Sequence record: SRR2962707_2795
Reading direction: 5' to 3' (one strand)
Length of the DNA stretch: 38,724 nt
The notes under the pieces were generated by a model that did not search any database, was not told the DNA's origin, and saw nothing but the letters and a program-made list of their open reading frames with translations. The stretch's first letter is position 1. Each line of letters opens with the position of its first letter. Positions 10,569 through 20,291 of this stretch are shown in pieces. The position numbers and the translations under genes were made by a program.

Positions 10569-11699
10569 ATGACAACCGCAATACTCGTAGTCGCAGCGGG
10601 GCGTGGCACCCGCGCAGGCGCAAAGATGCCAAAGCAATGGTGCACGGTTGCCGGTAAAACAGTTGCGCGCTGGACGTTAGAAAAATTTGCCCGTTTTGAC
10701 CGCTGCGTGATGGTGATTCACCCGGATGATTCTGCGCAGGCAGCCGTCGCAACCGAAGGCCTAAACGTGACATTGGTACATGGTGGCGCCGATCGGGCTG
10801 CGTCTGTTCTGGGAGGACTAACGGCGCTTAACGACGCCCCTCCGGCGAATGTCTTGATCCATGATGTGGCGCGCCCTTGCGTTGACCCAACGCTTATCGA
10901 CGACATAATCGACGCGCTACAAACCTACGACGGTGCGGCGGCGGCTGTCCCTGTGACCGACGCCTTATGGACAGGCGCAGATGGCGAAGTGACCGGCACA
11001 AAGGATCGCAGTAATTTGCATCGGGCTCAAACCCCGCAAGGCTTTCGCTTTGACGCCATTCTAAAAGCCCATCAAACCCACCCCGGCGGGGCCGCAGATG
11101 ACGTTCAAGTTGCGCGAGATGCCGGGCTGTCTGTCGCTATTGTGGCAGGAAGTGAAAACAACTTGAAAATTACCGGCCCAGGCGATTTTGCGCGCGCGGC
11201 CCGGATCTTGGAGACTGGAATGGACATTCGTCTTGGCAATGGTTTTGATGTGCACGCCTTTGAACCGGGTGATCACGTCACAATTTGCGGTGTGCATGTG
11301 CCGCATGAACGGGCACTCAAAGGGCATTCCGATGCCGATGTCGGCATGCATGCGGTGACCGATGCGATTTATGGTGCACTAGCAATGGGGGACATCGGCC
11401 AGCACTTCCCCCCTTCCGATCCACAATGGAAAGACTGTGAAAGCCACGTTTTTCTGAAACATGCCGTCGAAATGGCCCGCGAAAAGGGCTATGAAATTGG
11501 CAATGTTGATTGCACCTTGATTTGCGAACGGCCAAAAATCGGCCCGCATGCGGCTGCGATGATGGAGCGCATGGCAGAAATCATGAGCCTGCGCTCTGAT
11601 CAGGTCTCGGTCAAAGCCACAACATCCGAGCGTTTGGGCTTTACGGGTCGAGAAGAAGGCATTGCCGCCCTCGCAACAGCAACATTGGTACGCGCATGA
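10569..11699 (+). CDS. ispDF: Bifunctional IspD/IspF (MEP pathway)
   Basis: IspD motifs [22 protein letters not shown], fused to IspF motifs [38 protein letters not shown]. Confidence 0.96.
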   Translation: MTTAILVVAAGRGTRAGAKMPKQWCTVAGKTVARWTLEKFARFDRCVMVIHPDDSAQAAVATEGLNVTLVHGGADRAASVLGGLTALNDAPPANVLIHDVARPCVDPTLIDDIIDALQTYDGAAAAVPVTDALWTGADGEVTGTKDRSNLHRAQTPQGFRFDAILKAHQTHPGGAADDVQVARDAGLSVAIVAGSENNLKITGPGDFARAARILETGMDIRLGNGFDVHAFEPGDHVTICGVHVPHERALKGHSDADVGMHAVTDAIYGALAMGDIGQHFPPSDPQWKDCESHVFLKHAVEMAREKGYEIGNVDCTLICERPKIGPHAAAMMERMAEIMSLRSDQVSVKATTSERLGFTGREEGIAALATATLVRA

Positions 11700-12184
11700 C
11701 ACATCTGATCGCCACGTTCTTTTATGTTGGGCATATGCGCCCGGCCCCCGGCACCTGGGGCTCTCTTGCCGCTTTGCCTTTTGCCTGGCTGATCCATGTG
11801 ATCGGCGGCTTCCCCTTGTTGTTGGTTGCCACGGTCCTTGTGTTCGGACTTGGCTGGTGGGCAACCGCACAGGAAACCGCAGGCAAAGAAGACCATGACC
11901 CCTCAGAAATCGTCATTGACGAAGTTGCTGGCCAGTGGATTGCCCTTTTTCCGATCAGTTACGGGGCGGCCATGATGAGCATCGATATCACGCGGCTTTG
12001 GCCCGGATGGGTTGCCGGGTTTGTTCTGTTCCGTCTCTTTGATATCTGGAAGCCTTGGCTGGTGGGTTGGGCAGACCGGCGCGGCGACGCCCTGGGCGTC
12101 ATGCTGGACGACGTCATCGCCGGCGTCTTTGCCGCGATTGTTACGGTTATCTTGGCAGGCATCGCTCACGGGGTATTGATGTGA
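11696..12184 (+). CDS. pgpA: Phosphatidylglycerophosphatase A
   Basis: [40 protein letters not shown]. Confidence 0.95.
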   Translation: MTHLIATFFYVGHMRPAPGTWGSLAALPFAWLIHVIGGFPLLLVATVLVFGLGWWATAQETAGKEDHDPSEIVIDEVAGQWIALFPISYGAAMMSIDITRLWPGWVAGFVLFRLFDIWKPWLVGWADRRGDALGVMLDDVIAGVFAAIVTVILAGIAHGVLM

Positions 12185-12651
12185 CGATAAAACTGGCCAC
12201 TGAAATTCTTGCCTTGGCCTCTGCTCAGGGCAAGACCCTCACCACAGCAGAAAGCTGTACCGGGGGAATGGTCGCCGCCGCGATAACAGATATCGCCGGG
12301 TCCAGCGCCATTTTTGAACGCGGCTTTGTCACCTATTCGAACCTCGCCAAACACGAAATGCTGTCCGTCGCTCTTGAGACCCTCGACCGCTTCGGCGCGG
12401 TCTCAGAAGAAGTCGCCTCAGAAATGGCGTCGGGCGCACGCGAAAAGGCCAAAGCAACCCTCGCCGTGGCGATAAGTGGCATTGCCGGTCCCGGGGGATC
12501 TGAGTTCAAACCCGAAGGACGGGTCTGCTTTGGCCTCGCATCACCACAGGGGACAACCACTGAAACGGTGGAATTTGGCCCCTTGGGTCGGGCCCAAGTC
12601 CGCAGAATGGCGACCTTGCACGCCTTGGAATTGCTAAAAGCCGCGATGTAA
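12181..12651 (+). CDS. cinA: CinA C-terminal / PncC-like NMN deamidase family protein
   Basis: TAESCTGG, GFVTYSN, GAVSEEVA, SGIAGPGG, KPEGRVCF. GTG start at 12181 overlaps the pgpA stop. Confidence 0.88.
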   Translation: MTIKLATEILALASAQGKTLTTAESCTGGMVAAAITDIAGSSAIFERGFVTYSNLAKHEMLSVALETLDRFGAVSEEVASEMASGAREKAKATLAVAISGIAGPGGSEFKPEGRVCFGLASPQGTTTETVEFGPLGRAQVRRMATLHALELLKAAM

Positions 12652-12808
12652 ATATATCGTTTAGATTATGTGCATATCGATAATTTTCGGCACATTTTTT
12701 AATCTTTTTGAAAATCGCATAAGTTTTAATCCGCAAATTCCCAGTTTGCCTCTTTTTTCCACGCCCAACATAGGCTTCCTGCCCGAAACTTAAAAACAAC
12801 GGAAAAGG

Positions 12809-13996
12809 ATGGGACCAATGAACGGAGCGGATACCGCTTGGATCATCGTGGCAACAGCTTTGGTGCTCTTTATGACCCTACCAGGGCTGGCATTGTTCTA
12901 TGGCGGGCTGGTTCGTGCCCGAAATGTACTCAGCGTCTTTATGCATTGCTTTGCTATTGCCTGTTTGATGAGCATTCTATGGCTTGCCGCGGGCTATTCC
13001 ATTGCCTTCGGGGACGGCAACGCGATTTGGGGCGGCTTAGGCAAGGCCTTCCTGAACGGCATTGATGCCGACACAGTGTCAGGAACCCTCCCAGAAGTGT
13101 TGTTCTTTGCCTTCCAGATGACCTTTGCCATTATCACCCCAGCGTTGATCGTGGGCGCTTATGTTGAGCGCGTTGGCTTTGGCTTTGTCCTGCTCTTCTC
13201 TGCTCTGTGGATGTTGCTGTGCTATGCGCCTGTGACCCATTGGATTTGGGGTGGCGGCTTTTTGGCAGATGGTGGGATCTTTGGCGAAACCGGCGTAAAA
13301 GACTTTGCCGGCGGGATCGTCGTGCATGAAACGGCCGGTCTGGCCGCTCTGATCATTGCGTGGTTCCTTGGACCTCGTAAAAATCAGAACACGCCGCCGC
13401 ACAATCCAGGTTTTGTCATGATCGGCGCCGCAATGCTTTGGGTCGGTTGGTTTGGCTTTAACGGCGGTTCGCAGCTGGCCGCAGATGGTGGCGCAGCCAT
13501 GGCGCTGACTGTGACACATATTTCCGCCGCCACGGCCTCGCTCAGCTGGGCGCTCTGGGAACGCATCAAGTTTGGCAAATCCTCAATGGTCGGCATGGTA
13601 ACCGGAACGATCGCGGGTCTCGCCTCTATTACACCCGCCTCTGGTTTTGTCGGCCCGATCGAAGCCTTGATCATTGGCGCGGTCGCAGGCGTGCTCTGCC
13701 AAGAAGCCGTCGGCCTTATCCGCAACAAGCTGAAAATAGATGACACACTGGATGTCTTTGCCGTGCACGGTGTCGGCGGTATCTTTGGCACGATCATGAT
13801 TGCTGCCTTCGGTGCAGGCAGCTGGGCGGCTCAGCTTGGGTCTCTAGCAATTGTCGGCGTCTTTACCACTGTCGTGACCGTTGTTTTGATCCTTGTCGTA
13901 AAGGCAATCACCCCATTGCGAGTGGACAGCGAAACGGAAACCAACGGGCTTGACCTCGAAGTCCACGGGGAACGCGCCTACGACATGACCAGCTAA
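12809..13996 (+). CDS. amt: Ammonium transporter (Amt family)
   Basis: PGLALFYGG, FQMTFAIIT, DFAGGIVVH, WFGFNGGS, DDTLDVFAVHG, with both pore histidines present. Start may be ATG 12818. Confidence 0.95.
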   Translation: MGPMNGADTAWIIVATALVLFMTLPGLALFYGGLVRARNVLSVFMHCFAIACLMSILWLAAGYSIAFGDGNAIWGGLGKAFLNGIDADTVSGTLPEVLFFAFQMTFAIITPALIVGAYVERVGFGFVLLFSALWMLLCYAPVTHWIWGGGFLADGGIFGETGVKDFAGGIVVHETAGLAALIIAWFLGPRKNQNTPPHNPGFVMIGAAMLWVGWFGFNGGSQLAADGGAAMALTVTHISAATASLSWALWERIKFGKSSMVGMVTGTIAGLASITPASGFVGPIEALIIGAVAGVLCQEAVGLIRNKLKIDDTLDVFAVHGVGGIFGTIMIAAFGAGSWAAQLGSLAIVGVFTTVVTVVLILVVKAITPLRVDSETETNGLDLEVHGERAYDMTS

Positions 13997-14019
13997 AGCA
14001 ACCATGAAAAATCATCTGG

Positions 14020-14046
14020 AAACGGGCCTGCAAGGGCCCGTTTTTT
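14020..14046 (+). terminator. Intrinsic terminator after amt (possibly bidirectional)
   Basis: AAACGGGCC-tgcaag-GGCCCGTTT followed by a T run, between convergent genes. Confidence 0.8.
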
Positions 14047-14050
14047 GTGG

Positions 14051-15328
14051 TTACGATCCACGTATTAAGCGCGTGATCGCGCCTAAATCCTCTCCCTGCA
14101 CCGCCTCCCATAAAAGTGTCGCCTTCGCGTCACCCAATAAAGCCGAAACTTTACGGCGCAGCTTCTCGCCTCGCACCTCTAATGCCGTCGCGGCCTCTAA
14201 ATCAAAGTCGGCTTCCAAAACCTGGTCTGACATTTTCACCACCAAGCGCGCCCCGGTTTCCGGTACCGAAGCGTCAGCAACCACAGAGACCTTATTGTAC
14301 AAGGAAATCACCTGAGGATCGTGACAATGGGCATCACGGAAACTTTCCAAGGCCGCCGTGGAATACCCCAGCAAAGACAAGGCGATGACCGCACGATAGC
14401 TGAACTTCGCCTCTAAACCGGTCTTCGGTTCCTGAATATTGCAGACGCTCATCCATCGTGGATGCGTGATCACTTCAATTGACTGTATCAGTTTCGGATT
14501 CATCGGCTTGAGGCCTTCCAGCGCTTCCAAAGCGGCATGAAGCCCATGGCAGCAGGCGTGATACTTGTGGCGTACATCTCGCATCAACCATGCAGATGGC
14601 TGCGTGCTGCTGCCGTCCGCGTGATGCGTTTCAAGAAATCCATTCACACCTGAAAGAGCCTGCGGGTTAGACAAGAAACCCCGATGCGCCAACCATGCCG
14701 CTTCGACGCCATTGGACGCCGCGGCCCCGGCATTAAATGGCTTGCCCATGGTTCCAAACTGAGACTTAAGCCCCGCAGCCCGCGTACTGACAAGGCCGAG
14801 GGTATGCGCCAAAACGGTTTCGTCCGCTCCCATTAAAAGCGCCGCGGCCCAAGCCGCACCAAACGCCCCAGCCGTGCCGGTTTGATGAAACCCGATCTGG
14901 TAATGCCTGCGCCCCAAAAGCAGCCCCATTCGGACAGAGGCTTCACATCCAGCGAGGGCTGCACCCACAACTTCAGTTAAAGTCGCGCGTTGCGCCTCTC
15001 CCACCGCGACGGCAGCCGACAAGACGGCGACGGACGGATGCCCGATATGGGCAAAATGCGTGTCGTCATAATCTAATGCATGGCTGCAGGCCCCGTTGAC
15101 CAAGGCCGCCGACCGCATTGGAACACGCCCGCCCCCAAACAAACTCGCCTGCGCACGACCGCCTTCTTCCAGGACCATATCGCGTGTCAAACGTGACACT
15201 GGCTCGTTTTGCCCCGCAAGCCCCACAGCCAGCCAGTCAAATAACGACAGCCGCATCACCGATAAGGCCACTGTGTCAGACTGCGTTGGCACCAACGACA
15301 TCAATTCCTGCATGTCCGACTCCCCCAT
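14051..15328 (-). CDS. MmgE/PrpD family protein
   Basis: NGACSHALDYDDTH, GHPS, GFHQTGTAG, FGTMGKPFNAG, KYHACCHG. Start uncertain (15328, 15313 or 15301). Confidence 0.85.
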   Translation of the reverse strand: MGESDMQELMSLVPTQSDTVALSVMRLSLFDWLAVGLAGQNEPVSRLTRDMVLEEGGRAQASLFGGGRVPMRSAALVNGACSHALDYDDTHFAHIGHPSVAVLSAAVAVGEAQRATLTEVVGAALAGCEASVRMGLLLGRRHYQIGFHQTGTAGAFGAAWAAALLMGADETVLAHTLGLVSTRAAGLKSQFGTMGKPFNAGAAASNGVEAAWLAHRGFLSNPQALSGVNGFLETHHADGSSTQPSAWLMRDVRHKYHACCHGLHAALEALEGLKPMNPKLIQSIEVITHPRWMSVCNIQEPKTGLEAKFSYRAVIALSLLGYSTAALESFRDAHCHDPQVISLYNKVSVVADASVPETGARLVVKMSDQVLEADFDLEAATALEVRGEKLRRKVSALLGDAKATLLWEAVQGEDLGAITRLIRGS

Positions 15329-15375
15329 GTCCGCAGCTTATCAGCGCGACCCAACAGGTAAAGCCATCTCAGACA

Positions 15376-15438
15376 TTCATCTTTCCCGAAATACTCCGGG
15401 GAGTCGGACCCCTCAGGGGACGACGGGGCAGCGCCCCT
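15376..15438 (+). repeat. Structured intergenic repeat, copy 1
   Basis: TTCATCTTTCCCGAAATACTCCGGGG, then hairpin GTCG..CCCC-tca-GGGG..CGAC, then hairpin GGGGC-agc-GCCCC. The head is 23/26 identical to 34943-34968. Confidence 0.75.
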
Positions 15439-15502
15439 GCCTCCGGAACGCAGTAAAAAATCACAGGCATTCTGATAACCGACGCCCTGACCCGAAAACC
15501 GC

Positions 15503-15955
15503 TTACTCTGTACCGCCATAAAGGGTTGCGGCGCGGCGTTCAAAGGCGCGCACAACCCGCTGCATCGCTTCATAAAAGAACATGCCCGCAGCGCCTTGCA
15601 GAATTCGATTACGAAACTCAAAATCTACAAAAAACGAGACTTCGACCCCGCCCTCAACATCTTTGAAGGACCAGTCAGACAACATATATTTGAACGGCCC
15701 ATCAAGATATTCAGTCTTGATTTCATGTTTCTCCGGCCACAGAACAACCCGGCTGCCAAATCGCTCCCGAAAAACTTTAAAACTGATCACAAGATCGGCC
15801 AACATCACCACATGATCTTCGCGGTCCTCGCGGGATCGAATGCGGGCGGCCGCGGTCCATGGCAGGAACTTCGGGTAATCGGCCACGTCAGCCACCAGAT
15901 CGTACATCTGCTGGGCGGTATATGGCAAAGTGCGTATTTCAGAGTGGGTTGGCAT
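15503..15955 (-). CDS. RatA/Coq10 START-domain (cyclase/dehydrase) family protein
   Basis: [44 protein letters not shown]. Confidence 0.9.
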   Translation of the reverse strand: MPTHSEIRTLPYTAQQMYDLVADVADYPKFLPWTAAARIRSREDREDHVVMLADLVISFKVFRERFGSRVVLWPEKHEIKTEYLDGPFKYMLSDWSFKDVEGGVEVSFFVDFEFRNRILQGAAGMFFYEAMQRVVRAFERRAATLYGGTE

Positions 15956-16025
15956 GAAGCCCCGTTTTCATCGTGACAGTGCGCCGACATTTCGTATGGT
16001 GGGCAACGAAATTCAAGGGGTAGTC

Positions 16026-16574
16026 ATGTCAGAGCGTCCATATGTCATTGATGAATTAATCTCAGCCAAGGCCATTGCCGCGCGAATCGAGGTCTTGTGC
16101 CGCAAGATCGCGCATGACTTTGAGGACACAGAAAAGCTGGTAGTTGTCGGACTCTTGCGCGGTTCATTTGTTTTTATTGCCGATCTCGTGCGCGAACTTG
16201 ATCTGCCAGTTGAGGTCGATTTCCTGGAGGTTTCCTCTTATGGAGATGCGATGCAATCCAGTCGAGAAGTGCGTGTTCTCAAAGACTTAAGGGGTGGAAT
16301 CGAAGGACGCGATGTCTTAATCGTCGAAGATATTGTCGACACGGGCCATACCCTAAACCACGTGACGAAACTGCTGCGCTCCCGTAAACCCGCCCGCCTT
16401 CGTACGATTGCGCTTTTGGACAAACCATCGCGCCGCGAAGTGGATTTCAAAGCGCATTGGATCGGATTTGAAATTCCGGATGAATTTGTCGTCGGTTATG
16501 GAATCGATTTTGCGCAACGCAACCGGAACCTGCCTTTTATCGGCAAAGTTCGCTTTACTGATCTAGATGCTTGA
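16026..16574 (+). CDS. hpt: Hypoxanthine phosphoribosyltransferase
   Basis: [19 protein letters not shown] motif [38 protein letters not shown]. Start set at ATG 16026. Confidence 0.95.
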   Translation: MSERPYVIDELISAKAIAARIEVLCRKIAHDFEDTEKLVVVGLLRGSFVFIADLVRELDLPVEVDFLEVSSYGDAMQSSREVRVLKDLRGGIEGRDVLIVEDIVDTGHTLNHVTKLLRSRKPARLRTIALLDKPSRREVDFKAHWIGFEIPDEFVVGYGIDFAQRNRNLPFIGKVRFTDLDA

Positions 16575-16657
16575 TAGAGAGGCAGTCTTATATAGACGCC
16601 GCCGACACCAGCTTGCGACGGATTTGACGCCATGATGATAACTGATGAGCCACACAC

Positions 16658-16843
16658 ATGAACATTCATTGGCTAATGAGAATGTCTCGCTGGGCGCGCA
16701 GACCGCCAAGCAAAGAACGCGTTGCTTTGGTTTTGGCAGTGGTTGCGTTCTGCCTTTTGTTGTTGGGTTATGAAACCGTGTTCGGGTGGCCAGAGAGCCT
16801 CACCCCTGAGAAAATCGGAAGCCGTCCTGTCTTTGGCTACTAA
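16658..16843 (+). CDS. Small single-TM hypothetical protein (61 aa)
   Basis: Basic N-terminus (RWARRPPS), one hydrophobic helix, then FGWPE. Resembles small proteins I recall from Rhodobacteraceae. Confidence 0.6.
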   Translation: MNIHWLMRMSRWARRPPSKERVALVLAVVAFCLLLLGYETVFGWPESLTPEKIGSRPVFGY

Positions 16844-17703
16844 GAAAGTACACCCAACAATTGCGCCTCTTGCGCGCGCAGAACAGAGATTACAGCTTTT
16901 CGTAAGGCTGTAACACGGGGATTGTCGGCCAGATCTCGGTGGCAAACGACCCATAATGGTACCTGTATGTTCGGAAACTCTGTCTCGGTGCGCACAAGTT
17001 CAGAATGTTTGTCCCCCAGAACACAAGGAAGAATGGCACGACCCAGGCCTTGTTCAGCCATTTTGGCCAAAACAAGAAAGCTGTCGGCGCGCGGCCCCAG
17101 GTCATCTTGGGGCACATTATGGGCCAGCCATTTGGCCACCAGCGCCTGCGCGATGGGGCCACACATTCCGAGCCAAACATCCGCGGATTGCGGTCGCGCA
17201 TAAACCGCAAACCCCATCTTGGCGACCTTATCTCCAACCATCTCCGACCCCAATTCGGTCGCCGGGCGTACAGACACATCGGCTTGCAGCCGCGCCATAT
17301 CCAGCTGGTGATTTGTGCTCAACAAGGCCAGATGATCTGGGGCGATGCGATCTGCTATGCGCGACAGACCATCTGACAGCACGGTTTGACACAAGGAATC
17401 CGTTGAGGTCAGCCGCAGCACATCACGGCGCCCGTCAGCCCCATTTGCCAGTATTCTTGAGACCGACTCCATCGCCTCTTTAGCATTTTGCGCCGCTTCG
17501 ATCACCGAAACACGGTCGGACCGCAATTGATAGCCATGGGCGCTGCGTTCAAAAATACTGGCCCCGCAGGCTTTTTCGAATGCGCTAATTCTGCGCAATA
17601 CAGTTGCATGATTGACATTTAACGCGCGTGCGGCGCCACTGACGCTGCCATTGTTGGCAACCGCCAAAACAAATTTCAGATCATCCCAATTGGTACTGTG
17701 CAT
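16840..17703 (-). CDS. LysR family transcriptional regulator
   Basis: NWDDLKFVLAVANNGSVSGAARALNVNHATVLRRISAFE HTH plus substrate-binding domain. Start at ATG 17703. Confidence 0.92.
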   Translation of the reverse strand: MHSTNWDDLKFVLAVANNGSVSGAARALNVNHATVLRRISAFEKACGASIFERSAHGYQLRSDRVSVIEAAQNAKEAMESVSRILANGADGRRDVLRLTSTDSLCQTVLSDGLSRIADRIAPDHLALLSTNHQLDMARLQADVSVRPATELGSEMVGDKVAKMGFAVYARPQSADVWLGMCGPIAQALVAKWLAHNVPQDDLGPRADSFLVLAKMAEQGLGRAILPCVLGDKHSELVRTETEFPNIQVPLWVVCHRDLADNPRVTALRKAVISVLRAQEAQLLGVLS

Positions 17704-17718
17704 AAATCGATACCCTTT

Positions 17719-17746
17719 TTGCAAATATACCAAATATTTTTGTAAA
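17719..17746. promoter_or_regulatory. Putative LysR operator (T-N11-A dyad)
   Basis: TTG-CAAATATAC-CAA in the AT-rich spacer between the LysR gene and the cytochrome c' gene. Confidence 0.35.
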
Positions 17747-17798
17747 TTTCCTTAGCCATACTGGGTGGGATTGATCACAAATTCGACAGGAGGCTTTC

Positions 17799-18257
17799 AT
17801 GAAAAAAGTTATAGCAACATTGACGGCACTAACGATCCTGGCAGGGACCGCTGCACAGGCTCAGAACATCGAAGGCGCGGTCAAAGCGCGCCAGGGCGTC
17901 ATGGGCGTTTTGGGAATTAACCTTGGTATCCTTGGCGGTATGGCAAAGGGCGCGATTCCCTACGATGCAGATGCAGCAATGGCCGCCGCCAATTCGGTCT
18001 TGGGCGTCGCAATGATTGATCCAAAGCCTCTGTTCCCTGAAGGCTCGGACGAAATGGACTCGGCGACATCTCGGGCGAAAGCCGAAGTCTGGGAAGGCTG
18101 GGACAAATTCAACAGCGAATGGGCGAGCTTAAAAACCGCCGCAGAAGCGATGGTCGCCACGGCCGCAACCGGCCAAGAAGCAATCGGCCCCGGCTTGGGC
18201 GGGATCGGCGGCAGCTGCAAATCGTGCCACGAAGCATTCCGCGGCCCGCGCAAGTAA
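17799..18257 (+). CDS. Class II cytochrome c (c'/c556)
   Basis: Signal peptide, ARQGVM, LFPEGS, RAKAEVW, C-terminal CKSCH. AGGAGG RBS. Confidence 0.93.
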   Translation: MKKVIATLTALTILAGTAAQAQNIEGAVKARQGVMGVLGINLGILGGMAKGAIPYDADAAMAAANSVLGVAMIDPKPLFPEGSDEMDSATSRAKAEVWEGWDKFNSEWASLKTAAEAMVATAATGQEAIGPGLGGIGGSCKSCHEAFRGPRK

Positions 18258-18275
18258 TCTAGGACAAATCTGACA

Positions 18276-19157
18276 ATGCGTCGCCTGTTTCAAACCATCG
18301 CCCTTGCTGCTATCGCCGTAGCGGGGGCCGGACTGTGGCTCACCCGAGCTCAATCTCTACCCGAGTCTGCGTTTGCCGGATTAACTGGAAATGCGGAAAA
18401 CGGGGAGTCCGTGTTTTATGCAGGCGGATGTGCATCCTGCCATGCCGCGCCAGGAACAACTGGCGACGCAAAACTGATTTTGGCGGGAGGGCAGACATTC
18501 CCTTCGCCATTTGGCACCTTTGTTGCGCCGAATATCTCTTCCGATCCCAATCAAGGAATCGGAGGGTGGTCCTTGACCGAGTTTGGCACGGCGTTGAAAC
18601 ACGGCACTTCGCCCAGCGGGGCCAACTATTACCCAGCGTTTCCCTACACCTCCTACACCCATATGACCTTGCAGGATATTTCTGACCTATGGGCGTTTTG
18701 GGGCACTCTGCCCGCGTCGCAAACCGCGAGCCTGCCCCATGACGTTGGTTTTCCGTTCAATATCCGTCTGAGTTTGGGCGGATGGAAGTTTCTGTTTCTG
18801 AAAGACGATTGGGCATTACAAGACCCTTCGAGCGAACAACTTGAACGTGGTCGGTATCTTGTTGAAGCTCTGGGCCACTGCGCAGAATGCCATACGCCAC
18901 GGAACGCCATCGGTGGATTGGACCGGGCAAACTGGTTTGCCGGAGCGGCCAACCCGTCGGGTCAGGGACGTATCCCAGCGCTGACCACCCTTGAATGGGC
19001 GGAGTCTGACATCGCCTATTATCTGGAAACGGGGTTTACCCCGGAGTTTGACAGCGCAGGCGGTCATATGGCGCCGGTGGTCGAGAACATGGCGCATCTG
19101 CCCCCCGAAGATCGGGAGGCCATCGCCGCCTATGTCGCGGCTTTTGCCAACAATTAA
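18276..19157 (+). CDS. Membrane-anchored diheme cytochrome c
   Basis: N-terminal TM/signal, CASCH and CAECH, with APNIS, YYPAFPYTSY and RGRYLVEALGHC, as in gluconate/alcohol dehydrogenase cytochrome subunit-like proteins. Confidence 0.9.
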   Translation: MRRLFQTIALAAIAVAGAGLWLTRAQSLPESAFAGLTGNAENGESVFYAGGCASCHAAPGTTGDAKLILAGGQTFPSPFGTFVAPNISSDPNQGIGGWSLTEFGTALKHGTSPSGANYYPAFPYTSYTHMTLQDISDLWAFWGTLPASQTASLPHDVGFPFNIRLSLGGWKFLFLKDDWALQDPSSEQLERGRYLVEALGHCAECHTPRNAIGGLDRANWFAGAANPSGQGRIPALTTLEWAESDIAYYLETGFTPEFDSAGGHMAPVVENMAHLPPEDREAIAAYVAAFANN

Positions 19158-19158
19158 G

Positions 19159-20112
19159 TTAGTTCATCGCCAGCTTGGCTTGGCGCGCGGCACGTAGGCG
19201 CGCAAAGTCATCGCCCGCGTGATACGAAGAACGCGTCAGCGGTGTCGCTGAAACCATCAGAAACCCTTTGCCGTAAGCCGCTTTTTCGTAGCTCTTGAAC
19301 TCATCCGGATGAACAAACCGGTCAACCGCATGGTGCTTTGGCGTTGGCTGAAGATATTGACCAATTGTGAGGAAATCGACATCAGCGGCCCGCATGTCAT
19401 CCATGACCTGAGTCACGGCCTGACGATCTTCACCTAGACCAACCATGATACCGGATTTTGTGAAGATTGACGGGTCTAGCTCTTTGATTCGCTGCAACAA
19501 ACGCAAGGAATGGAAATAGCGCGCGCCGGCTCGAACTTCTGGATAGAGCCCCGGCACTGTTTCAAGGTTATGGTTGAACACGTCCGGTTTTGCCGCAACG
19601 ACAATTTCGAGCACCTCAGGGGCACATTTCAAAAAGTCAGGTGTCAAAATCTCGATGGTTGTCTTCGGGCTACGGTGCCGAATTGCGCGAATCGTTTGGG
19701 CAAAATGCTCTGCTCCGCCGTCCTGAATGTCGTCCCGATCGACCGATGTAATGACCACATGGTTCAATCCAAGCTTCTGAACGGCATCAGCAACACGACC
19801 CGGCTCGAAAGAATCCAGGTCTTCTGGAGGCTTACCTGTCGCAATATTGCAGAAGCTACACGCCCGCGTACAGACCTCGCCCATGATCATCATGGTTGCG
19901 TGGCCTTGGCTCCAACATTCCCCTGCATTGGGGCAACTGGCCTCTTCACACACCGTTACAAGCTTATTTTCACGCATAATACGGCGTGTTGTGTTGTATC
20001 CTTCGCCGCCTGGCGCCTTAACGCGGATCCAATCAGGCTTCTTTGGCTGGGCGTTATCCGGCCGATGCGCCTTCTCAGGATGGCGCTGTTCAGGAATTTT
20101 GAGATCGCGCAC
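19159..20112 (-). CDS. lipA: Lipoyl synthase
   Basis: [12 protein letters not shown] auxiliary cluster motif, CTRACSFC radical-SAM motif, RSSYHA. GTG start. Confidence 0.98.
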   Translation of the reverse strand: MRDLKIPEQRHPEKAHRPDNAQPKKPDWIRVKAPGGEGYNTTRRIMRENKLVTVCEEASCPNAGECWSQGHATMMIMGEVCTRACSFCNIATGKPPEDLDSFEPGRVADAVQKLGLNHVVITSVDRDDIQDGGAEHFAQTIRAIRHRSPKTTIEILTPDFLKCAPEVLEIVVAAKPDVFNHNLETVPGLYPEVRAGARYFHSLRLLQRIKELDPSIFTKSGIMVGLGEDRQAVTQVMDDMRAADVDFLTIGQYLQPTPKHHAVDRFVHPDEFKSYEKAAYGKGFLMVSATPLTRSSYHAGDDFARLRAARQAKLAMN

Positions 20113-20291
20113 GTTTTTTTCCCCTGCGAAGTTTCTATTCTCTTAAAGAAAGCATATGTTATCAGCGGGGCGGTTACTAGTACCGCATAGCTGTCATGCA
20201 GCGGCGCATCCCCAATTTTAGTGAGTGGCCCCACGCCCTTTCCGTGCGCGTTTTTTGTGCGGAAAGGGCGTACGGTGTCTTCCAAAGTCTC

